Positions 1 to 8,835 of a stretch of 18,696 bases of DNA are shown here, one piece after another. Every line of letters begins with the position of its first letter. The first letter of the stretch is position 1. Where the stretch lies: assembly GCF_006345805.1 (NCBI RefSeq), contig NW_021824961.1, positions 1-18,696 of the forward strand, read 5' to 3'. The stretch is from Octopus sinensis (Eukaryota). The translations under genes were made by a program, and so were the position numbers. The notes beneath the pieces were generated by a model, which had not been told where the DNA came from, did not search any database, and worked only from the letters and a program-made list of their open reading frames with translations.

Positions 1-1420
1 GTGTAGTATCTATCGACTTTCAATAGTACACATTTTTTCTTTTTCCTTGAAATCCTCTCTGGGCAGTTTCACCCTTATCAATCCTTTCCGCTTGGAAATC
101 CTCCTTTCCACATCTACATCCTTTTGGTGATATGTCATGAATGTACATTCACTTCCTGGGCTCCCCACCTTTCTTGGGCGTCCTCTCTGCTTCTGCTGTT
201 GGTCCTTCCGAGTGTTCTCTTGATCTCGCCTTTGGGCCTGACAAACCTGTCACTCCCCTCCTTTGCCGCTTTCGTTCTGTCTTTCTTCGGCTCCACCTCT
301 TCCGTATCCCTGGTGCATTCTACATCACTTTGCCGTCTCCGTCTTTTATTGTTTCAATTGGTATTCCAATATCCACTTCTCCTTGGTCCCTCTCCACAGC
401 CTTCTCACTCTGAAGAGGCTCCTGCTTGGGGCGCTGCGTCTTCATGTGGCCTTTCACTGTCCACATTCGTAAGAAGTTGGTCGGCGTCACTCAACAATCA
501 CTTTGAAGGAACTCTCTCTCATAATCTCTATCTGGTAGGGGATCCTTTCAATGTCTCGAAAGTGGAAAAAAGCCACATCTCGACAACGCATCCCCACCCT
601 TTTTTAACATGCTCGTTCTTCTCACTGGTCCCCATTCGAGATTCTCCTCGATGGTAGCCAGAACAGCTGATACTAACCATTCTGTCTTTATTTCTGGTGG
701 CACCCTTCAGATGCGAATCCGAACACTTCGCCTGCCTCTATACGCGGGCAGCAGCGTCACCTTTTCAGTGCATAAAATAGTGGTGGGACGTGAGGCCGCC
801 TCTTCTTTGGTTCCACACTTCAACTCCATCGTGCCATATTTCTTTCCTCGGCCAACGAAACTTGCCGTTTTCCTCAGGGACCTCAAACATTCCTTCACGT
901 CATCTTCTGATAGGATTTCAGTTTTATTGGTGGCAGCCTCTTGCGTGCGGTACACCACTGTCCTATCACTCTTATCCTTGACCACTTCTTCTGGAGGGAC
1001 CAGCTTTACTGCGTCTTCCTCACTTTGCACAAAATGTTCCCATCTCATTACATCTTCCATCTTCAATGATATCTGTTTCGCTTCCAACGGCTCAGCTGCT
1101 CCCAGTGCAGCGGTTATTTGAAGAGATTTCCATAACGAAAAAAACAATTTTTCAGCTCCACAATGGGAAGAAAACAGCAAAAAACAATCCCGCGCGAGTC
1201 ACTCAACAATAATGTTCAATAGCGATATACAAAAATTCAGCAACGGACAGTCTCGAAGACAATCCAAAACCGTGGTCAAAAATAATGAAACTCAAACAAA
1301 TAAGATGTTAGTCGGCGACACCAAAGTTCTCTCTACGATTAGTCAGAGATGATTTTTAAAATGCAAATATCTGATATAAACCCGACTGCTCTCTCCAGCG
1401 AGAAAAATAAACTCGTCCGC
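1..1420 (-). mobile_element. Decayed 5' part (UTR-like leader plus gag-like ORF1) of a non-LTR retrotransposon, probably L1/Tx1-like
   Basis: The minus-strand frame from ATG at 1060 (MEDVMRWE...RRSVRIRI*RVPPEIKTEWLVSAV) continues through stops and frameshifts to IERIPYQIEI...FKVIVE*RRPT(S)YECGQ..GHMKTQ(R)P at 431-474. This is a CX2CX4HX4C zinc knuckle with two Cys codons mutated (TCT, CGC), followed by a charged low-complexity tail. Clade and element boundaries are inferred. Confidence 0.55.
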
Positions 1421-1731
1421 TCTCAAAAATTAAGTAAAATAACGGAAAAATGATCCAGAATCCTTGTTCGCTACCGGACCTATCCCCAAATGTAATCCGT
1501 TCGTGCCAGTCACGAGGCCAAACATCCCTGACGTATATATTCGTGCCTTTCGGTGTTGAAAAATTGTTAATAAGCCAGCCTTATATATATAGTTGAAAGT
1601 TACATAAAAACAAAAGACGAAGACAGGTGTATAAGCAACAAACAGGTGTGTGAGTTTGATGTTCGGGAATGTGAGAATGTCTTTTAAGTTTCGAGCCAAG
1701 AGAAAAGAATATGAGGATATAAACAGTGAGA

Positions 1732-1757
1732 ATATATATATATATATATATATATAT
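1732..1757. repeat. (AT)n microsatellite at the SINE 3' end
   Basis: Direct reading. Confidence 0.95.
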
Positions 1758-2054
1758 CACCGTGATCGACCAGGCTGTCAGATGTTGCTACACATCGCTA
1801 GTCACAATGCGCTTCGCATTGTTTTTGCCTTCGAATGATGCCATCTCGCTGGTTAAGCGAGCAAGACAAAACAAGAAAGTGTGAAAGAAAGTTGTGGCGA
1901 AAGAGTACAGCAGGGACCACCACGACCCCCTGCCGGAGCCTCATGGAGCTTTAGGTGTTTTCACTCAATAAAGACTCACAACGCCCGGTCTGGGAATCGA
2001 AACCGCGATTCTACAACCATGCGTCCGCTGCCCTAACCACTGGGCCATTGCGCC
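1758..2054 (-). mobile_element. tRNA-derived SINE (family 1)
   Basis: The minus strand starts GGCGCAATGGCCCAGTGGTTAGGGCAGCGG. A-box TGGCCCAGTGG at 2047-2037 and B-box GGTTTCGATTCCC at 2004-1992. No CCA-type tRNA end; instead a ~220-nt non-tRNA body with a hairpin (ACAATGCG-CTT-CGCATTGT, 1804-1822) ending in (AT)n. Confidence 0.85.
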
Positions 2055-2056
2055 TT

Positions 2057-2321
<265 letters not shown>

Positions 2322-2352
2322 TTGAGTTGTGGGGTATCGCACGAGTGGGATT

Positions 2353-2926
2353 ATATATGAAAAAAGGTTTGAAAATGCAATTTAAACGATGTTTATTTAC
2401 TTAACCGGTTTCACTCTTTGGTAAAAGATTGTCAAAAGAAACTTTGAATATTATGGGTTCAAAAAAAGTTTTTTACATATTTGTCACATTGAATATTATG
2501 AATTCAAAAATGTTTTTTTATACATAATTGTCACATTACATGTATAAACATAGTATAAAAAAGTTCAATAGTATGATGAGAATATTTGGAAAAATTGGCA
2601 GAAAAGAATAAAACAAATATATTATTGGAAATTTGGTTGCGTTAATTAACGCAACCAAATTTCCAATAATATATTTGTTTTATTCTTTTCTGCCAATTTT
2701 TCCAAATATTCTCATCATACTATTGAACTTTTTTATACTATGTTTATACATGTAATGTGACAATTATGTATAAAAAAACATTTTTGAATTCATAATATTC
2801 AATGTGACAATTATGTAAAAAACTTTTTTGAACCATAATATTCAAAGTTTCTTTTGACAATCTTTTACCAAAGAGTGAAACCGGTTAAGTAAATAAACAT
2901 CGTTTAAATTGCATTTTCAAACCTTT

Positions 2927-2937
<11 letters not shown>
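2353..2937. repeat. ~585-bp near-perfect palindrome (two ~290-bp inverted arms, no spacer)
   Basis: Centre GCGTTAA|TTAACGC between 2645 and 2646. The arms match out to TATATGAAAAAAGG / CCTTTTTTCATATA with about 3 differences by eye (two 1-nt homopolymer indels, one substitution). Each arm has an internal ~45-bp tandem duplication (right arm 2754-2800 and 2801-2843). Confidence 0.95.
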
Positions 2938-2981
<44 letters not shown>

Positions 2982-2996
2982 TATATACATATATAT
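2931..2996. repeat. (AT)n microsatellite
   Basis: Direct reading. Confidence 0.95.
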
Positions 2997-3099
2997 TGTT
3001 GGCATCCTTTTTGTCTCGGGAGACAATGGAGTTGCGCATAAAATAGTCTAATCCGGCTTTTACATTTCATGTCCTAATACATTTCCAGGTGTGGCTATA

Positions 3100-3193
3100 T
3101 ACATACATAAACACACACACACACACACAGACACACACACACAGACGCACACACACAGACACACACATACACAGACACACACACATACACACA

Positions 3194-3242
<49 letters not shown>

Positions 3243-3378
3243 TTATAAATATATATAGAGAGAGAGCGTGTGTGATAATTAGATAGGTTAACAGATAAAA
3301 AGGGGTATAGATAGATAAATATATATATAGATATATAGACACATATATAAGTATGTATGTACACAAACACACACATAT
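3100..3378. repeat. Compound (CA)n/(CAGA)/(AT)n/(AG)n low-complexity tract
   Basis: Direct reading; source of the poly-HT/CV ORFs in the track. Confidence 0.9.
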
Positions 3379-3540
3379 CATTTGTCTTTCCTCCTCTCCT
3401 CACCCATAGAGTCACCCTCCGACTAGCGCTACACACTTCACCTACTCCCCTTTGTCTAAATCTTTCTTGCAACCATCAATTTGTCAAAACGAGAGATTTG
3501 CATCGTAGAAAATAATCTGACAAATAAATTCATAATAATA

Positions 3541-3757
3541 ATCCTTTCTATTAAGGGCACTGGGCTTGAAATTGTTGGGGGAGGGGACTAATTCATTACA
3601 TCAACCCTAGTTTTCAACTGGTACTTAATTTATTGACCTAGAGAGGATGAAAGGGTAAACCGACCTCAGTGGAATTTGAACTCAGAACGTAAAGATGGAC
3701 GAAATGCCGCTAACCATTTTGCCCAGCGTGCTAACAATTCTTCCAGCTCGCTGCCTT
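3541..3757 (-). mobile_element. tRNA-derived SINE (family 2) with (ATT)n-type tail
   Basis: Minus strand AAGGCAGCGAGCTGGAAGAATTGTTAGCACGCTGGG..., B-box GAGTTCAAATTCC (3683-3671), central CCTTTCATCCTCTCTAGGTCAATAAATTAAGTACCAG block, ending ...AGAAAGGATTATTATT. Confidence 0.8.
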
Positions 3758-3767
3758 AATAATAATG

Positions 3768-3815
<48 letters not shown>

Positions 3816-3946
3816 TAATAATAATAATAATAATATTAATGATGATAATGATGATAATTATGATGATGATGATGATGATGATGATAACAATAATAATAAT
3901 AATAACAACGATAATGATGACGATGATGATGATGATGATGATGATA

Positions 3947-3993
<47 letters not shown>

Positions 3994-4026
3994 AATGATG
4001 ATGATGATGACAATAATAATAATAAT
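3758..4026. repeat. Compound (AAT)n/(GAT)n microsatellite
   Basis: Direct reading. Confidence 0.97.
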
Positions 4027-4029
4027 TGT

Positions 4030-4650
4030 ATACACACAAGTCCATCGGACCCCTGCAGAATGTGTGGGAAAAGGGTTGATAGCGTTACATTGTTAGTGCT
4101 TGTGAAAGTCTTGTGCAGAAAGAATAGAAGCGAAGGCACGACAAGATAGCCCAAAGCGTCCATTCTCTACTCTGCCGTAAAGTATGGATATGAGGCTGCG
4201 GGTGCTTGGTACCAACATACACCGGAAAAGATAATGAGTGAAAAGGGGAAGGCAAAAATCCTTTGGGACTTTGACTTCCAAACAGACAGAGTGTTAGAGC
4301 ATCAAAGACCGTATATAGTAACCTTTAGGAGGGACAAACAAGAGTGCCTAAGGATTGGCGTGGCAGTGCCAGGAGATCAACTGATTAAGATGAAATATAG
4401 AGAAGAGGTTGATAAATATGGAGAATTGAGATCTCTAAGATGTGGCAGCTACGAGAGTGAAATATAAAAGTTATCCCTATTGTCATCGGAGCATTGGGTT
4501 CAATACCAACCAATCTGAAGAAACATCTGAAAACTTTAGAGATACACTATAATCTAAAGGAATTTCAAAGGTCGGCATTGCTTGAAACTGCACGTATATT
4601 GCGTAAAGTACTGTCTGCCTGAGGTCCTTGCTGTGAGTTGACAAACAGTA
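4030..4650 (+). mobile_element. Degraded 3' fragment of an R4/Dong-like RLE non-LTR retrotransposon (family C)
   Basis: Broken frames read CRMCGKRVDSVT..(H)IVSAC, RRHDKIA, WYQHTPEK, KILWDFDFQTDRVLEHQRP(Y)IV, VAVP, KYGEL, VIPIVIGALG, ETARILRKVLSA* (stop 4620-4622). These are a CCHC finger plus RLE domain, followed by a short UTR containing GAGGTCCTTGCTGTGAGTTG. Confidence 0.85.
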
Positions 4651-4651
4651 C

Positions 4652-4696
4652 AAATATTTTGTCAGCCGTGGTAACGATTCTAGCAGCTCCCCGCTG
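4652..4696 (-). mobile_element. Truncated head of a family-2-like SINE
   Basis: Minus strand ACAGCGGGGAGCTGCTAGAATCGTTACCACGGCTGACAAAAT aligns by eye with the head of the 3541-3757 SINE. Confidence 0.6.
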
Positions 4697-4761
4697 TAAT
4701 AGTAATAATGATAATGATGGTGATGATGATGATGGTGATAATAACAATAATACTAATGATA

Positions 4762-4792
<31 letters not shown>

Positions 4793-4827
4793 TAATGTTA
4801 ATAATAATAATAATAATAATAATGATA

Positions 4828-4884
<57 letters not shown>
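4697..4884. repeat. Compound (AAT)n/(GAT)n microsatellite
   Basis: Direct reading. Confidence 0.97.
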
Positions 4885-4887
<3 letters not shown>

Positions 4888-6093
4888 TGAAGGTTGCTAC
4901 ATTTGGCCTAGACACCTACCTGAAAAACTCTGAGGACTGGATGTTAAAACTTGTCTCAAAACATGAAAACAAGAAAGCATCATACTCAGTCACAAAACAG
5001 GCAAAGGAATATCTAAGTGAATTCCGAATACAACCAATTTCGGAATTAGAGATAGACATACAAGAAACAGGCTCAGAAAAAGCTAAGCGCATGAAAACCC
5101 GTGCTAAATCTGCGGCCTTAGATATTCTGAATGATAAATGGCAAGAAAAACCTCTCCATGGCAAATACCCAAAGAGAGCGAATAATGCAGATATTGACAA
5201 AGCCCTTACCCATCAATGGCTAATGGCCTCTGGCTTAAAATCTGAAACAGAGGGGTTTATCATAGCAGCTGAAGATCAATGCCTACCAACAAGAAACTAC
5301 CAGGCAAACATATTAAAGAACGGCAGTAGCCCAACATGTCGTGTATGTCAACAACAAAATATAACCATTGATCATGTTGTCTCCAAGTGCAGTCTTCTTG
5401 CGACTACAGAGTATCTCAACAGGCATGATAGAGCTGCACAATATATTCACTGAGTAATCTGCAAAAACCTGGATTTGCTCCATGAAAAAAACTGGAGGGA
5501 ACACAAATCACCCCCAGTGCTTGAAAATGACCACATCTCACTCCTCTGGAACTTCACCATTCAAACTGACAGAAAGATAGATGCAAATAGGCCAGACATA
5601 ATATTGAAAGACTTCAGACAAAGAACATGCCTCCTCATTGATATGACTGTCCCAATCGATATAAACGTATCTGTCAAGACCTACCAAAAACTGAGCAAAA
5701 CTAAAGATCTTGAAACAGAAATCAGCAAAATGTGGAACCTGAAGACTAAAACAATACCTGTTGTCATAGGTGTCCTGGGAATGATAGCAAAAGGGACTAA
5801 TTGCTACTTAACTCAGATACCAGGAAAGCCCAAAATGGCAGAAATTCAAAAGATAGTGCTCATGGGAACTGCTCATATCCTACGCAAAATACTCTCTATG
5901 TAATCCCAAGGTTTAAAACAAACTTTATTTATTTATTTATTATTTTTTGTGTATTAGACATTCACTAGTACACACAAAAAAAAGATAAAAAACCCCAAAT
6001 ATATGGCACAAAACTTCCAATCTGTTGTCTCTTGAGGTCTCTGGGTGAGACTTGGAACCAACTTGTACAGATATAAAGCAAAAGTCAACATAG
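4885..6093 (+). mobile_element. R4/Dong-like element, 5'-truncated 3' fragment, family A, tandem unit 1
   Basis: Encodes KWQEKPLHGKY, WLMASGLKSETEGFIIAA, CRVCQQQNITIDHVVSKC (CX2CX8HX4C), RHD and DANRPDIIL...LIDMTVP...KLSKTKDL (RLE). Nonsense TGA at 5451-5453 where the 8835-11421 copy has TGG. ORF stop at 5903, then a ~190-nt 3' UTR and (AAT)n. Confidence 0.93.
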
Positions 6094-6115
6094 AATAATA
6101 ATAATAATAATAATA

Positions 6116-6188
<73 letters not shown>

Positions 6189-6212
6189 TAATAATAATAA
6201 TAATAATAATAA
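6094..6212. repeat. (AAT)n spacer with GAT and AAAAT interruptions
   Basis: GAT at 6152; direct reading. Confidence 0.97.
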
Positions 6213-7423
6213 CAATGAAGGTTGCTACATTTGGCCTAGACACCTACCTGAAAAACTCTGAGGACTGGATGTTAAAACTTGTCTCAAAACATGAAAACAA
6301 GAAAGCATCATACTCAGTCACAAAACAGGCAAAGGAATATCTAAGTGAATCCGAATACAACCAATTTCGGAATTAGAGATAGACATACAAGAAACAGGCT
6401 CAGAAAAAGCTAAGCGCATGAAAACCCGTGCTAAATCTGCGGCCTTAGATATTCTGAATGATAAATGGCAAGAAAAACCTCTCCATGGCAAATACCCAAA
6501 GAGAGCGAATAATGCAGATATTGACAAAGCCCTTACCCATCAATGGCTAATGGCCTCTGGCTTAAAATCTGAAACAGAGGGGTTTATCATAGCAGCTGAA
6601 GATCAATGCCTACCAACAAGAAACTACCAGGCAAACATATTAAAGAACGGCAGTAGCCCAACATGTCGTGTATGTCAACAACAAAATATAACCATTGATC
6701 ATGTTGTCTCCAAGTGCAGTCTTCTTGCGACTACAGAGTATCTCAACAGGCATGATAGAGCTGCACAATATATTCACTGAGTAATCTGCAAAAACCTGGA
6801 TTTGCTCCATGAAAAAAACTGGAGGGAACACAAATCACCCCCAGTGCTTGAAAATGACCACATCTCACTCCTCTGGAACTTCACCATTCAAACTGACAGA
6901 AAGATAGATGCAAATAGGCCAGACATAATATTGAAAGACTTCAGACAAAGAACATGCCTCCTCATTGATATGACTGTCCCAATCGATATAAACGTATCTG
7001 TCAAGACCTACCAAAAACTGAGCAAAACTAAAGATCTTGAAACAGAAATCAGCAAAATGTGGAACCTGAAGACTAAAACAATACCTGTTGTCATAGGTGT
7101 CCTGGGAATGATAGCAAAAGGGACTAATTGCTACTTAACTCAGATACCAGGAAAGCCCAAAATGGCAGAAATTCAAAAGATAGTGCTCATGGGAACTGTT
7201 CATATCCTACGCAAAATACTCTCTATGTAATCCCAAGGTTTAAAACAAACTTTATTTATTTATTTATTTATTTTTTGTGTATTAGACATTCACTAGTACA
7301 ACACAAAAAAAAGATAAAAAACCCCAAATATATGGCACAAAACTTCCAATCTGTTGTCTCTTGAGGTCTCTGGGTGAGACTTGGAACCAACTTGTACAGA
7401 TATAAAGCAAAAGTCAAACATAG
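6213..7423 (+). mobile_element. R4/Dong-like 3' fragment, family A, tandem unit 2
   Basis: Near-identical to unit 1, with the same 5' breakpoint and the same TGA (6778-6780). Confidence 0.93.
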
Positions 7424-7501
7424 AATAATAATAATAATAATAATAATAATATAATAATAATAATAATAATATAATAATAATGATAATAATAATAATAATA
7501 A

Positions 7502-7530
<29 letters not shown>
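7424..7530. repeat. (AAT)n spacer with GAT and AAAAT interruptions
   Basis: GAT at 7482; direct reading. Confidence 0.97.
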
Positions 7531-7533
<3 letters not shown>

Positions 7534-8737
7534 TGAAGGTTGCTACATTTGGCCTAGACACTACCTGAAAAACTCTGAGGACTGGATGTTAAAACTTGTC
7601 TCAAAACATGAAAACAAGAAAGCATCATACTCAGTCACAAAACAGGCAAAGGAATATCTAAGTGAATCCGAATACAACCAATTTCGGAATTAGAGATAGA
7701 CATACAAGAAACAGGCTCAGAAAAAGCTAAGCGCATGAAAACCCGTGCTAAATCTGCGGCCTTAGATATTCTGAATGATAAATGGCAAGAAAAACCTCTC
7801 CATGGCAAATACCCAAAGAGAGCGAATAATGCAGATATTGACAAAGCCCTTACCCATCAATGGCTAATGGCCTCTGGCTTAAAATCTGAAACAGAGGGGT
7901 TTATCATAGCAGCTCAAGATCAATGCCTACCAACAAGAAACTACCAGGCAAACATATTAAAGAACGGCAGTAGCCCAACATGTCGTGTATGTCAACAACA
8001 AAATATAACCATTGATCATGTTGTCTCCAAGTGCAGTCTTCTTGCGACTACAGAGTATCTCAACAGGCATGATAGAGCTGCACAATATATTCACTGAGTA
8101 ATCTGCAAAAACCTGGATTTGCTCCATGAAAAAAACTGGAGGGAACACAAATCACCCCCAGTGCTTGAAAATGACCACATCTCACTCCTCTGGAACTTCA
8201 CCATTCAAACTGACAGAAAGATAGATGCAAATAGGCCAGACATAATATTGAAAGACTTCAGACAAAGAACATGCCTCCTCATTGATATGACTGTCCCAAT
8301 CGATATAAACGTATCTGTCAAGACCTACCAAAAACTGAGCAAAACTAAAGATCTTGAAACAGAAATCAGCAAAATGTGGAACCTGAAGACTAAAACAATA
8401 CCTGTTGTCATAGGTGTCCTGGGAATGATAGCAAAAGGGACTAATTGCTACTTAACTCAGATACCAGGAAAGCCCAAAATGGCAGAAATTCAAAAGATAG
8501 TGCTCATGGGAACTGCTCATATCCTACGCAAAATACTCTCTATGTAATCCAAGGTTTAAAACAAACTTTATTTATTTATTTATTATTTTTTGTGTATTAG
8601 ACATTCACTAGTACAACACAAAAAAAAGATAAAAAACCCCAAATATATGGCACAAAACTTCCAATCTGTTGTCTCTTGAGGTCTCTGGGTGAGACTTGGA
8701 ACCAACTTGTACAGATATAAAGCAAAAGTCAAACATA

Positions 8738-8738
<1 letters not shown>
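7531..8738 (+). mobile_element. R4/Dong-like 3' fragment, family A, tandem unit 3
   Basis: Near-identical to units 1 and 2, with the same 5' breakpoint and the same TGA (8095-8097). Confidence 0.93.

Positions 8739-8834
<96 letters not shown>
8739..8834. repeat. Pure (AAT)n tract
   Basis: Direct reading. Confidence 0.98.

Positions 8835-8835
<1 letters not shown>

Noticed and set aside
1430-1699. 89-aa minus-strand ORF / possible host exon
   Set aside because: No recognisable motif or splice context. Part of it (about 1435-1530) may be a fragment of an interspersed repeat, but this cannot be supported from the window.
1980-2054. Functional tRNA gene (also considered for 3670-3757)
   Set aside because: A/B boxes are present, but I could not form a complete cloverleaf and each head runs into a SINE body and tail.
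2850-2900. Hammerhead ribozyme in the palindrome arm (TTGACAA...stem...GTGAAAC)
   Set aside because: The core deviates from CUGANGA and I could not build stems I and III convincingly. At most a decayed relic; it needs a covariance-model search.
4638-5453. 271-aa ORF with a poly-N/poly-I N-terminus
   Set aside because: Chance in-frame read-through of SINE fragment, microsatellite and retrotransposon fragment, ending at a nonsense codon.
5475-8547. Repeated 142-aa RLE ORFs as a domesticated, amplified stand-alone nuclease gene
   Set aside because: They start at TTG just after a shared nonsense mutation, the conserved KY is changed to KT, and there is no promoter or splice evidence. Passive duplication explains them.
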